Positions 55,024-64,000 of a stretch of 64,000 bases of DNA are shown here, one piece after another. Origin of the DNA: a bacterium. GTDB lineage: Bacteria; Bacillota; Clostridia; Oscillospirales; Oscillospiraceae. The notes beneath the pieces are model-generated. The model had not been told where the DNA came from and did not search any database. It was given only the letters and a program-made list of their open reading frames with translations. Both the position numbers and the translations under genes were made by a program. The stretch is taken from assembly GCA_963613665.1 (NCBI GenBank), contig CAVEAL010000008.1, positions 14,943 through 78,942 on the forward strand, read 5' to 3'. Positions within the stretch are counted from its first letter, which is position 1, and each line of letters begins with the position of its first letter.

Positions 55024-57990
55024 TTACATGCTGTAGTCGGCGCGGCGGATCAGCTCGAGCTGGAGATCCTTGTTGAGCGTGGTGAAGTAGGCATTATAGC
55101 CGGAGATGCGCACCATCAGGTCGCGGTAGGAGTCGGGATCTGCCATTGCCGCGCGCATGGTGTCGCTGGAGACGACGTTGAACTGCATCTGCATTCCGCC
55201 GAGCGAAACATAGGCGCGGGCGTAGGAGGTCAGATGCTCGACGGTCTGCTCGTGACTGTCGTTCGGAGAAGGATTGACCTTGACGTTGAAGGCTATGTTG
55301 TTGTTCATGTTCAGCGGGTCGAGGCGGCTGACATCCTTTATGTTGTCCAGCAGACTCGGCGAGGCATTGGCCTCCGGAGTCAGACCGGGCGTGAAGGGAA
55401 GACCGGCGAGGCGGCCGGAGGGAAGCGCACCGGCAAGCGTGCCGAAGGCAACGTGGTTTGACATGCTCCACCAGCCGGTGGTGTAATGGCCGCCGCGGAA
55501 ATTCTTGTGCGACCAGAATATATCGCGGGTCGCCTTGGTGAGGCGGTTTGCCATCTCGACGGCCTCGTCACTGCCGCCGCCGAAGCGCGGGACCTCGGTG
55601 AGTATTCTGCTGCGCATGGTCTCGTACCCTTCAAAATTGTTCTTGACCGCTTCGAAAAGCTCCGCAAGCGTATACAGCTTTCTGTCATACACCAGCGTTT
55701 TTATGGCCATCAGAGAATCGACGACGTCGGCAAGACCGATGCAGGCCGTGCCGGAGGAATTATATTTTGCGCCGCCCTTGGTGCAGTCGAGCCCCTTGCT
55801 GATGCAGCCGTCTATCATCGCGCTCATAAGCGGCGTCGGACGCAGCACGGAGTGCGCTTCACCGAGGTAATTGTTGTATTCGCAGGTGAGCCCCGCCATG
55901 AATGACAGCTGCGTTATGTAGGCGTTGAAGAAATCGTCAAACTCCGCAAAGCTGTCCGCTTCGCCGGTCTTTGGGCCGAGATGCCAGCGCATCAGTGGGT
56001 GATAGCCGTTGAACATGGCCATTTCAAAGGGCGCGACCATGCTGAACATCATGCAGTTGGTGTGCCCAAGATGCTTACCGGAGATGGTCGGCTCGACGCA
56101 GCCGGTGGCTGACCAGTCGCGCAGATCGGCGGTCTCGTAATGGTGATCCGCAAGTGAGGCCATGACCGCAGTGTCGTTGTGGATAGACGGCGTGGAGGTT
56201 GTGTTCACGTTGACCTCGCACAGGCGGCGAAGGTAGGTCAGAGAGTTCTTTTCGCTGTTGTAGCGCGCGTTGACGTTGGGGTCGCGCATGCTGAGCATCT
56301 CTGTGACCTTCAGGAACACATAGGTCATGTCGTTTACAGCATCCTCGCCCTCGGGTGTGATGCCGCCGAGAGTTATCGCCTGATCAGAGGAGCTGCCGCC
56401 GAAGAGATAGTTGCCGATATCGGGTGTGAGAGGAACGTGATCCTGACAGTTTATATAGAAGCAGCCGATAAGCTCTATCGCATGGCGGATATAGGCCTCG
56501 CGCCTGGCCTTGCTTCTGCACTTTGCCATATCGGCCTCAAAATACGGCTGGAGCCACTGATCCATGCGGCCGAAGGAGAAGCCTGCGTTTGTGCTTTCCA
56601 TATGTACGGCGACCCAGTGGATCCATATGGCATTCACCGCCTCGTCGAGCGTGCGTGCCGGATATTCGGGAGAATGCTCAACCGCCGCGGCTATCGTCTC
56701 AAGCTCCGCTCTGCGCTCACGCTTGAGCTCGAGGCTCGCCTCGTATCTTGCCTGACGGGCGAGGTTGTGCGCGTAGGCGATAACGCCCTCGTAGCAGTCG
56801 ATCATGGCGTGCAGCTCGTCCTTTTTCGACTGCGGAGCATCCGCGTCGTGCTCAAGCTCGGCCTCGATCTCGGCGATGATGCCGCGCAGACCCAGTCTCA
56901 GAAGCTTGGGATAATCGAGTATCGTGTGCGACAGAGCGACGTTTTTCCACATGAAGGCCGCCGCCCAGCGCTCGTCGAGCTTCTGGCAGGTGGGCTCGTG
57001 GTATTTGTCGCGGACGTATTCGCGCATGTTGCGGTGGATCCAGAAGGGAAAGATATCGTTGTTGAGCCTGTGTATCTCCTCCTCGGAGAGCGGGGCGTAG
57101 GCGTTGAGCAGGCGATCCTGCACAGTCAGCAGCTCACCCCAGAAGATAAGGCCGATCGCGTCGGGGTATACGGGCACGCCGATCTCCTTTGCTGTCGTCG
57201 TTCCAGCGATGAGGTTGCCCTTTCTGATGATCGGGCGGCGGTTTTCCATGAGATAGCGGAACGCCTTGCCCTGACGCAGCTCGGGCACCCACGGGGTGCC
57301 GTCCTTGTGCATCTCAAAGCCGTTTTCGCGGAAGAAATCGGTGAGCAGTCCCGCGCGCTCGGTGCACACTGCGGGCGCGGCGGTGTGGTGGATATCCAGA
57401 TATTCCTTGAGACGGGGGAAGTCCTCAAGCGCGTAGGAGGTCAGATACGGATCGTCCTTGAGACAGTGAACGCCCGGATCGACGCTGCCGCAGGGCATGA
57501 ATTCCTTGCGCGGCCGCGGTCCTGCGGGAGCCTTCGCGTCGGACATGGTCTTGCCGAATTCCTCGCGCTCCTTTTTCTGAAGCTGCATCTGCTGTATCTG
57601 CTTATCCTTCATCATAACGGAAAGAAGAAGGTTAAAGAACTCAAGATAAGCCATGTTGCCGCTGCTGGACATTTTGTTTTTGAGCATGAGGTTGAGCACC
57701 TCGTTGGGAGGCAGGGTCGCAAGCTGCGCAAGAACGCCCGTGTCCTGAAGCACGAGCAGGGTGTTCACGCCGTCGATATCTCCGCGCACGCTGCCCCTGC
57801 CGTCGCAAAAGCGTATGCTCTGCTTAACGCTGCCGTCCTCGGTGGTGAGGCCGACGGCAAAGTTCATCCAGCCGTCCTTGGTCTTCAGATACGCCTGCTT
57901 TTCCTTGTCGTAGGTAAACAGCTTGGCCATGAATTGCAGCACGACATGTGCCAGGGAATTTGCGACCTTTCCGGTCAGTTTTTCGTTCAT
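55024..57990 (-). CDS. glycyl radical enzyme (PFL2/glycerol-dehydratase-like clade), substrate unknown, with N-terminal extension
   Basis: C-terminal glycyl radical motif MVRISGYNAYF, active-site TGCVEP, 988 aa. The first 130 aa or so are an extra domain. Confidence 0.9.
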   Translation of the reverse strand: MNEKLTGKVANSLAHVVLQFMAKLFTYDKEKQAYLKTKDGWMNFAVGLTTEDGSVKQSIRFCDGRGSVRGDIDGVNTLLVLQDTGVLAQLATLPPNEVLNLMLKNKMSSSGNMAYLEFFNLLLSVMMKDKQIQQMQLQKKEREEFGKTMSDAKAPAGPRPRKEFMPCGSVDPGVHCLKDDPYLTSYALEDFPRLKEYLDIHHTAAPAVCTERAGLLTDFFRENGFEMHKDGTPWVPELRQGKAFRYLMENRRPIIRKGNLIAGTTTAKEIGVPVYPDAIGLIFWGELLTVQDRLLNAYAPLSEEEIHRLNNDIFPFWIHRNMREYVRDKYHEPTCQKLDERWAAAFMWKNVALSHTILDYPKLLRLGLRGIIAEIEAELEHDADAPQSKKDELHAMIDCYEGVIAYAHNLARQARYEASLELKRERRAELETIAAAVEHSPEYPARTLDEAVNAIWIHWVAVHMESTNAGFSFGRMDQWLQPYFEADMAKCRSKARREAYIRHAIELIGCFYINCQDHVPLTPDIGNYLFGGSSSDQAITLGGITPEGEDAVNDMTYVFLKVTEMLSMRDPNVNARYNSEKNSLTYLRRLCEVNVNTTSTPSIHNDTAVMASLADHHYETADLRDWSATGCVEPTISGKHLGHTNCMMFSMVAPFEMAMFNGYHPLMRWHLGPKTGEADSFAEFDDFFNAYITQLSFMAGLTCEYNNYLGEAHSVLRPTPLMSAMIDGCISKGLDCTKGGAKYNSSGTACIGLADVVDSLMAIKTLVYDRKLYTLAELFEAVKNNFEGYETMRSRILTEVPRFGGGSDEAVEMANRLTKATRDIFWSHKNFRGGHYTTGWWSMSNHVAFGTLAGALPSGRLAGLPFTPGLTPEANASPSLLDNIKDVSRLDPLNMNNNIAFNVKVNPSPNDSHEQTVEHLTSYARAYVSLGGMQMQFNVVSSDTMRAAMADPDSYRDLMVRISGYNAYFTTLNKDLQLELIRRADYSM

Positions 57991-58003
57991 TTGTCCACTC
58001 TCC

Positions 58004-58915
58004 TTAGCAGTTTATATTTTTATCTGTAAAAATTTTCTTCGCTCTATCAAGCTGCTCACGCGACTGAAAGCTGCCGGCGTTCTTGAGCTCGTCGCAGAGG
58101 CGGAGCCCCAGCTTGTCGTTTTTCGGATACCAGGTGGGATTGTAGGGGAGAAGCTGCGCTTTTTCTATGCCGAGCTCCGAGAGAAACGCTGCTATATCTC
58201 GGAGATTTTCCTCGGTGTCCGTTATGCCCGGGATCAGCGGCGTGCGAGGCAGGAAGCTGTAGGAATATTTCTCCTTGTCCTGCCACATCCGGCGGATGTT
58301 CTCAAGAATGCGGTCGTTGTATATGCCGCAGTATTTTTTGTGCCTTTCCCGGTCGAGGATCTTAACGTCGCAGAAAATATCACTGACATACGGCAGAAGA
58401 TGCTTTTCGGCACGCTCATAGTCAAACTGCCCGCAGGTCTCGAGCAGCACTCTCACTCCGGCCTCATCGAGTCTCCGAGCAAGCTCACCGACCCACTCGG
58501 TGCACAGTGTCGCCTCGCCGCCGGAAAGTGTGACTCCGCCGCCGGACACATCGTAAAAGGGCTTGTCCGACATGAGCTTTTTAAAAAGCTCGTCGTGCGG
58601 CATCTGCTTTCCGACCCTCGTTATAGCCTTGGCGGGGCAGACCTGCGTGCACTCAAAGCAGAGCGTGCAGCGCTCCCTGTCCGCATAATAGGGATTGGCC
58701 AGAGCCAGTGCACCGGCCTTGCAGACCCTGCGGCAGCTTCCGCAGTTTATGCAGACGGAGGCATCAAATGACAGCTCGGCCTCTCTCAGCTTGCTTTCGG
58801 GATTGTGACACCACACGCAGCTGAGCGGGCAGCCCTTGAAAAATACAGCCGTGCGTATCCCCGGGCCGTCGTCAAGAGAATTGCCCTTTACATCAAGAAC
58901 CAGCGGAACGAGCAT
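58004..58915 (-). CDS. glycyl-radical enzyme activating protein (radical SAM with two ferredoxin-type clusters)
   Basis: CPLSCVWCHNPE (CxxxCxxC), CINCGSCRRVC, CTLCFECTQVCP. Start at MLVPLVLD after AGGAGG. Confidence 0.85.
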   Translation of the reverse strand: MLVPLVLDVKGNSLDDGPGIRTAVFFKGCPLSCVWCHNPESKLREAELSFDASVCINCGSCRRVCKAGALALANPYYADRERCTLCFECTQVCPAKAITRVGKQMPHDELFKKLMSDKPFYDVSGGGVTLSGGEATLCTEWVGELARRLDEAGVRVLLETCGQFDYERAEKHLLPYVSDIFCDVKILDRERHKKYCGIYNDRILENIRRMWQDKEKYSYSFLPRTPLIPGITDTEENLRDIAAFLSELGIEKAQLLPYNPTWYPKNDKLGLRLCDELKNAGSFQSREQLDRAKKIFTDKNINC

Positions 58916-59195
58916 AATGACCTCCTGATTATCATGCATGATGCATTTCCTGTTTTGCCATGCCTTTGAATAGCAAAATGCCGAGGTAGATAAGGTGCCT
59001 CGAACATTGAAATTCTTTTAACAAAGACTATTATAACAGAAAACGGCGCTTTGTAAAGTCTGCTGCGGATATTCATAACATCGCTTTAACGTTTTTAATT
59101 AATTTAAAGGGAGTCTGAGCGTGCTTGACAAACGCAGGCCGTGCGGTATATCATATATACACTGCCTGAAGTTACAACTCTAAGGAGATGCAGCC

Positions 59196-59471
59196 ATGAA
59201 ACAATGCATGGATTCGGATAATCTGCACCGCAGACTCAAAAAAATAATCGGTCAGGTTCAGGCCATTGACCGCATGATCGACGAGGATGTGCCCTGTGAG
59301 GATGTTCTTTCGCAGATAAACGCCGCAAAAAGCGCGCTCAACGGCTGCGGCAAGGTCGTGCTCGAAGGTCACATAAAGCATTGCGTGCGCGACGGTATAG
59401 AGCACGGCGATGCGGATAAGACCATCGAGAGCTTTACAAAAGCGGTCGAACGCTTTGCAAATATGCAGTGA
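59196..59471 (+). CDS. csoR: CsoR/RcnR-family metal-sensing repressor
   Basis: 91 aa with LHRRLKKIIGQVQAIDRMIDED.PCEDVLSQI......HIKHC (C-H-C ligand pattern). Confidence 0.8.
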   Translation: MKQCMDSDNLHRRLKKIIGQVQAIDRMIDEDVPCEDVLSQINAAKSALNGCGKVVLEGHIKHCVRDGIEHGDADKTIESFTKAVERFANMQ

Positions 59472-59510
59472 AAACGGAGATCTTTTATCTCCGTTTTTTA
59501 TTTTATCCTC

Positions 59511-59561
59511 TTGACAACATATACCCCTATAGGTATAATGCGAATATACCCCACGGGGTAT
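59511..59561 (+). promoter_or_regulatory. promoter with two CsoR-type operators
   Basis: TTGACA-17-TATAAT (59511-59539). It overlaps atacccctataggtat (59521-59536) and is followed by the perfect palindrome ATACCCC-AC-GGGGTAT (59546-59561). Confidence 0.65.
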
Positions 59562-59577
59562 GCAGGGAGGACTGACC

Positions 59578-61455
59578 ATGCATAATGCAACAGATAAATT
59601 GGAGCGGCTGCTTGAGCTTGGCGGTACGAAAAAAGACATCGTGCTGCTTGCAATATCGGGCATTGCGCTCATCGTGAGCATATTTGAGCCTGTGCAGCTG
59701 CCCTTTGACGCTGCGTGGATTGCGATAATACTCTGCGGACTGCCAATAGTTCTCGAAGCGATTATAGGGCTCGTCACAGACTTTGATATCAAGGCGGACG
59801 TGCTCGTTTCCATGGCGCTCATAGCCTCCGTGTGCATCGGCGAGGACTTTGCGGCCGGCGAGGTGGCCTTTATCATGCAGATAGGAGCGCTGCTCGAGGA
59901 TCTGACGGTTGCAAGGGCGCGGGCGGGCATTGAAAAGCTCGTGCATCTCACGCCGCAGACGGCACGCGTGATATCCGGCGCACAGGAGAAGATAGTTGCC
60001 GCCGAGGAGGTGTCAGTCGGTGATATCCTGCGCGTTCTGCCGGGTGAGACGATACCGGTTGACGGCATCATTGTTTCCGGCAGAACATCTGTAAATCAGG
60101 CGGTCATGACGGGCGAGTCGCTGCCTGTGGACAAAGGCCCCGGTGACGAAGTCTCCTCGGGCACGGTAAACCAGTTCGGAGCGTTCGAGATGCGCGCTGA
60201 AAAGGTCGGCGAGGACAGCTCGATACAGCGCATGATACGTCTCGTGCAGTCGGCCGATGCGGGCAAAGCCAGAATAGTCAGCCTTGCCGACCGCTGGGCG
60301 ACGTGGATCGTGATAATTGCGGTCAGCGCCGCGATAATAACATGGGCACTCACCGGAGAGATCATCCGCGCGGTGACTATCCTTGTCGTGTTCTGCCCCT
60401 GCGCACTCGTCCTCGCAACGCCGACGGCGATCATGGCGGCCATAGGCAATGCGGCAAAGCGCGGCTTTCTCGTGCGCGAGGGCGACGCGCTTGAGCGTCT
60501 GGCCCGGGTGAAAAAGATATGCTTTGACAAGACCGGCACGCTGACCTGCGGCGTTCCCGAGGTCGTGTGCGTGCGCGGCGCAGGCGGCACTTCCGATGAT
60601 GAGCTGTACGCCCTGTGCGCCGCGGCTGAGCAGCTTTCCGAGCATCCCCTCGGCAAGGCGGTGACGCGCTGCTTTAAGCGCGACAGCGGTAAAATTCCGT
60701 ATCAGGCCGAAGGCTTCCGCATGATACCCGGACGCGGAGTGAGCGCCTCGGCGGCAGGCCGCGATATTATTGCGGGAAATGCGCAGATGCTCGCAGAGCG
60801 GGGCATAGGCATACCCGATGCTGCCGAAACGGAGGCAGAGAGCTATCTCTCGCAGGGCTGCACGGTCATCTATGCCGCGTTTGACGGAGCCTTTGCGGGC
60901 TTTACCGCCCTGTCGGATACCGTGAGAACGGAGAGCGCCGGCATGATAGACAGCCTGCACTCTTTGGGCGTGCAGCCCGTGCTGCTCACCGGCGACCGTG
61001 AAAACGCCGCTGCGGCAATAGCCGCGCAGCTTCATATATCGGAGCTGCGCTCCGACTGCCGCCCGGAGGATAAGCTCGACTTCATCCGCATGTGTCAGCG
61101 CAGCGGAGAGCCCGTGTGCATGATAGGCGACGGCGTGAACGACGCGCCGGCTCTCAAGGCTGCCGATACAGGCATAGCTATGGGCGGCGTTGGCAGCGAT
61201 ATCGCCGTCGATGCTGCCGATATCGCGCTCGTTGACGACGAGATAAAGGAGCTGCCGCATCTGCTGGCCCTGTCAAAGCACATGATGACGACCATAAAGC
61301 TGAACATGAGCTTTTCCATGGGGCTTAATTTTCTGGCGATAACGCTGGCTATAATCGGCAGCATCGACCCTGTAGTCGGCGCCCTGATACATAACGCGGG
61401 CTCGGTGCTCGTTATAAGCAACTCGGCCTTATTATTAAAATGGAGGAAAAAGTAA
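59578..61455 (+). CDS. P1B-type heavy-metal translocating ATPase lacking an N-terminal metal-binding domain
   Basis: CPC transmembrane motif (VFCPCALVLATP), DKTGTLT, SEHPLGKA, GDGVNDAPAL. No MxCxxC domain is seen. Confidence 0.85.
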   Translation: MHNATDKLERLLELGGTKKDIVLLAISGIALIVSIFEPVQLPFDAAWIAIILCGLPIVLEAIIGLVTDFDIKADVLVSMALIASVCIGEDFAAGEVAFIMQIGALLEDLTVARARAGIEKLVHLTPQTARVISGAQEKIVAAEEVSVGDILRVLPGETIPVDGIIVSGRTSVNQAVMTGESLPVDKGPGDEVSSGTVNQFGAFEMRAEKVGEDSSIQRMIRLVQSADAGKARIVSLADRWATWIVIIAVSAAIITWALTGEIIRAVTILVVFCPCALVLATPTAIMAAIGNAAKRGFLVREGDALERLARVKKICFDKTGTLTCGVPEVVCVRGAGGTSDDELYALCAAAEQLSEHPLGKAVTRCFKRDSGKIPYQAEGFRMIPGRGVSASAAGRDIIAGNAQMLAERGIGIPDAAETEAESYLSQGCTVIYAAFDGAFAGFTALSDTVRTESAGMIDSLHSLGVQPVLLTGDRENAAAAIAAQLHISELRSDCRPEDKLDFIRMCQRSGEPVCMIGDGVNDAPALKAADTGIAMGGVGSDIAVDAADIALVDDEIKELPHLLALSKHMMTTIKLNMSFSMGLNFLAITLAIIGSIDPVVGALIHNAGSVLVISNSALLLKWRKK

Positions 61456-61634
61456 TGGCGGTAAAAATTATAGGAACAATGATCGGCGCACTTATTCTTA
61501 TTGCAGGTCTTTACTATCTCAAAACCGAAAAAGACGACGCGGAGTCAAGGAAGATATACACCGCCGCGAGCATTATCGGCGGCGTGATATTTGCAGTGAT
61601 GCTCGTGATGACCGTGCTTGCATTCCAAGGCTGA
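61455..61634 (+). CDS. small membrane protein
   Basis: TAATG overlap with the ATPase stop. MAVKIIGTMIGALILIAGLYY... has two hydrophobic helices. Confidence 0.4.
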   Translation: MAVKIIGTMIGALILIAGLYYLKTEKDDAESRKIYTAASIIGGVIFAVMLVMTVLAFQG

Positions 61635-61661
61635 AAAAAGCCGCCCGACGGCGGCTTTTTT
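61634..61661 (+). terminator. intrinsic terminator
   Basis: aaaaaagccgcccgacggcggctttttt. Confidence 0.85.
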
Positions 61662-61874
61662 CGGAGACTGTCAAAAAACCTATGCTGCTGCGTGAAGATG
61701 ACCGCGCAGCGGGGGAGCTCGAGGGGGCAAGACCCGCCTCGAGTTAGATAAACCGCCGTCGAAATCCTTGAAATTTCAAGGATTTCGGTAAAAGCATTTT
61801 GAATACTTTCAAAATGCTCGGCGGAAAAGTGCAGTCAAAAAAAGTCCCTCGGGGGACTTTTTTGACAAGCTGTG

Positions 61875-61902
61875 AAAAAAGCCGCCCGATGGCGGCTTTT
61901 TT
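61875..61902 (-). terminator. intrinsic terminator (near-identical copy)
   Basis: aaaaaagccgcccgatggcggctttttt, directly downstream of the minus-strand transporter gene. Confidence 0.85.
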
Positions 61903-61913
61903 CGTATATACAT

Positions 61914-63236
61914 TCAGAATGCAACGTGCTTGAACAGCGCGACGCAGCAGAGGATGAGCGCAAGCGGAACATAGACATAGCGCCCCATGCAGTACCACAG
62001 CTCGCCGCGGTGCCTGACGGCGCCCGTGTTCACCGCATTCATAAGCTCGCTTTTTTTCATCACATAGAACCATGACACTGCGCCAAGCGTCGCGCCGATT
62101 GGTATGATGTAGATCGAGACGAGATCCATCCACGGCCCCCATTTGGAGATGGGCTCCATACCGATGCCGAAGCCCAGACATAAAACGCAGAGTAACGTGA
62201 GCACAGCCGTGCGGCTGAGCCTGGGGAATTTGTGCATCAGCGACTCGGCAACGGCCTCGAACATGTTCTGCAGGGAGCTGACTCCGGCGAAGATCATGGC
62301 AACGTAGAGGATAACGGCAAACAGTCTGCCGAGCGGAATATCCTGCAAAATGGTCGGCAGCGTTACGAACAGCAGGCTCGGCCCCGCGCCCACGTCCTGA
62401 CCGTAGGCAAAGCAGGCGGGAATAATGACGAGTGCGGCTACGACGGCTGCGATGGTGTCAAACAGCGCGGTGTGCTGCGCAACGTCCACGACATCCTCTC
62501 CGTCGGAAAGATACGCACCGTAAACTATCATGCCGCTGCCAGTGACGGACAGCGAGAAAAATGCCTGTCCCATCGCCCAGATCCAGATCATCGGGTCGCA
62601 CAGCGCCTCCCAGCGCGGCGTGAACATGAATTTATAACCCTCCGCCACGCCCGGAAGGAACGCGACGCGCACCGCCAGCACGATAAAAATGATGAAAAAC
62701 AGCGGCATCATGATCTTATTCGTCTTTTCGATGCTGTGCGCACCGAAATAGAGCGTCAGAAGCGTACCGGCCACGACGATAACGTGAAACGGTACGACCG
62801 AGTAAGGTGTTGAGGAAAACTCGTCGAACCATGCGGCGGCATCGGCCGTCATGAGCGTTCCGGCAAGGGAGTCAAACAGCGCCTTGAGTATGTACGTCAC
62901 TATGACGGCATAGCCGATGGCGATGCACAGCGAACCGGCCAGCGGCAGCCAGCCGAGTATCCCGCCGGCCTTTCCAGCAGCTCTGCCGCGCGTTGACCAT
63001 GCGCTTTCGTATGCGCCCAGCGTTCCGGTGCGTGCGCGTCTGCCCATGGCAAACTCAGCGGGCAGCCCGACATAGCTGAAAATGAATACGAACAGCAGAT
63101 AGATCAGCAGGAACGCGCCGCCGCCGTTTGAACCGAGCTTGTTCGGAAAACCCCAGACATTGGCCATGCCTACGGCAGAGCCGACCGAAGCGAGGATAAA
63201 GCCCCAGCGGCTCGCAAAATTCTTTGTTTTTTTCAT
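61914..63236 (-). CDS. sodium-dependent transporter, neurotransmitter:sodium symporter (SNF/NSS) family
   Basis: RWGFILASVGSAVGMANVWGFP is the NSS N-terminal signature. 440-aa polytopic protein. Confidence 0.85.
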   Translation of the reverse strand: MKKTKNFASRWGFILASVGSAVGMANVWGFPNKLGSNGGGAFLLIYLLFVFIFSYVGLPAEFAMGRRARTGTLGAYESAWSTRGRAAGKAGGILGWLPLAGSLCIAIGYAVIVTYILKALFDSLAGTLMTADAAAWFDEFSSTPYSVVPFHVIVVAGTLLTLYFGAHSIEKTNKIMMPLFFIIFIVLAVRVAFLPGVAEGYKFMFTPRWEALCDPMIWIWAMGQAFFSLSVTGSGMIVYGAYLSDGEDVVDVAQHTALFDTIAAVVAALVIIPACFAYGQDVGAGPSLLFVTLPTILQDIPLGRLFAVILYVAMIFAGVSSLQNMFEAVAESLMHKFPRLSRTAVLTLLCVLCLGFGIGMEPISKWGPWMDLVSIYIIPIGATLGAVSWFYVMKKSELMNAVNTGAVRHRGELWYCMGRYVYVPLALILCCVALFKHVAF

Positions 63237-63570
63237 ATGCTCTCTCTCCTACAAAAAGTCCTCTTTTTCGAGGACTTTTTCATTTTAACGCAGCAAAGCG
63301 AAAAAGGCAAATGACGAAAAAGCACAGGAGTATGAATTTTATTAATACCACGAAAAATTATTGACCAACGATAGTCTGAAAGTTATAGTTAAATTATCGA
63401 AAAACAATAATTTCGGGACGGCTGAACAGTGAACGGAAAGAAGCCGTATACAGTTATTGCGGCAGGGCAAAGGGCATAAGATTTGCAGCGATAAAGGAAA
63501 TGCGCTGCTGCCTCGCCTGCAATGTGAGGGATATCCTGAAATCCGGAGCTTCATTGGAGGACGAGTGAAA

Positions 63571-64000
63571 ATGACGTATACATATAAATATGCCTCGCCG
63601 CTGGGCGATATCCTGCTTGCGGCTAATGATGCCGGTCTCACGGGACTGTGGTTTTACGGTGCAAGGTACTTTGCCGAGGGTCTGGAGGTAGAGTGCCGCG
63701 AAGAGCTCACGCCCGTGCTCGAGCAGACGCTGCGCTGGCTCGATATGTATTTTTCAGGCTCCGAGCCGGATTTCACGCCGCCTTTGGAGCTGCAGGGTAC
63801 GCCCTTTCGCCGTCGCGTGTGGGCCGAGCTCATGAAGATACCCTACGGCAGTACCGTCAGCTACGGCAGGATATCGTCGGCGCTCGGCGTAAACAGTGCA
63901 CAGGCCGTCGGAGGAGCGGTGGGGCATAACCCGATAGGCATAATCGTGCCCTGCCACCGAGTCCTCGGCGCAGACGGCAGCCTCACGGGCTACGCCGCAG
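63571..64000 (+). CDS. ogt: methylated-DNA--protein-cysteine methyltransferase (partial, runs off right edge)
   Basis: Translated by hand: MTYTYKYASPLGDILLAANDAGLTGLWF...TPFRRRVWAELMKIPYGSTVSYG...AVGGAVGHNPIGIIVPCHRVLGADGSLTGY, containing the PCHRV active site. GGAGG ribosome-binding site upstream. Not in the ORF track because no stop codon lies in the window. Confidence 0.85.
   Translation, partial: MTYTYKYASPLGDILLAANDAGLTGLWFYGARYFAEGLEVECREELTPVLEQTLRWLDMYFSGSEPDFTPPLELQGTPFRRRVWAELMKIPYGSTVSYGRISSALGVNSAQAVGGAVGHNPIGIIVPCHRVLGADGSLTGYAA

Noticed and set aside
58960-58985. tgaatagcaaaatgcc upstream of the GRE activase resembles the TGATAGCAAAATGA att repeat.
   Set aside because: It is a single partial match outside the element with no partner repeat, so it is most likely coincidence.
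1-64000. CRISPR arrays, tRNA, rRNA and tmRNA genes, and IS elements.
   Set aside because: No regularly spaced direct repeats, no cloverleaf-like conserved tRNA segments and no transposase ORFs were seen in any intergenic region. The integration site is not a tRNA gene.

Overview
This is a high-GC segment (about 60% by eye) from a spore-forming, S-layer-bearing Firmicute. The Clostridia-like markers are dpaA/dpaB, abrB, spmA/spmB, sigG, ricT/yaaT, yidC-jag and three SLH-domain proteins. Core content, in order: thyA-folA; two paralogous ABC uptake operons in opposite orientation flanking a 1646-aa FMN-binding/GLUG-repeat/SLH surface protein; an SLH metallophosphoesterase; queH-queT; a TPP riboswitch with thiT; rpmH-rnpA-yidD-yidC-jag-acpP; gpx-TSCPD-ohrR; holB-ricT; an SLH lysozyme; nadE-purB-purA-guaA; a glycyl-radical enzyme with its activase; csoR with a P1B-type ATPase; an NSS-family transporter; and a partial ogt. 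One of the two ABC operons is led by a clear T-box. The accessory part is a roughly 14.7 kb integrative mobilizable element inserted just downstream of guaA (about 40172-54878). It is bounded by imperfect 25-26 nt direct repeats and carries TTGATAGCA-type repeats at both ends. Its backbone encodes an XRE repressor, a Xis-like HTH protein, a tyrosine integrase, a MobC-like protein, a RepA/AAA_25-like ATPase and a MobV relaxase. Its cargo (46.7-54.5 kb) is visibly more AT-rich and looks like a defence cassette: a small HTH controller, an Eco57I-like bifunctional type IIG restriction-modification enzyme, a separate N6-adenine methyltransferase, and a pair made of a DUF4297/Cap4-like nuclease and a HerA-type ATPase. 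The nuclease-ATPase pair is the best candidate for the interesting system. Other points worth a second look: an ORF-free, hairpin-rich 400-nt region inside the element; a triple palindrome in the leader of the giant surface-protein gene; an unclassified long leader before the second ABC operon; an N-terminally extended glycyl-radical enzyme; and a hairpin-dense intergenic block bracketed by duplicated terminators. No rRNA, tRNA or CRISPR array was recognised. All calls come from reading the sequence and ORF translations, and no database searches were run.
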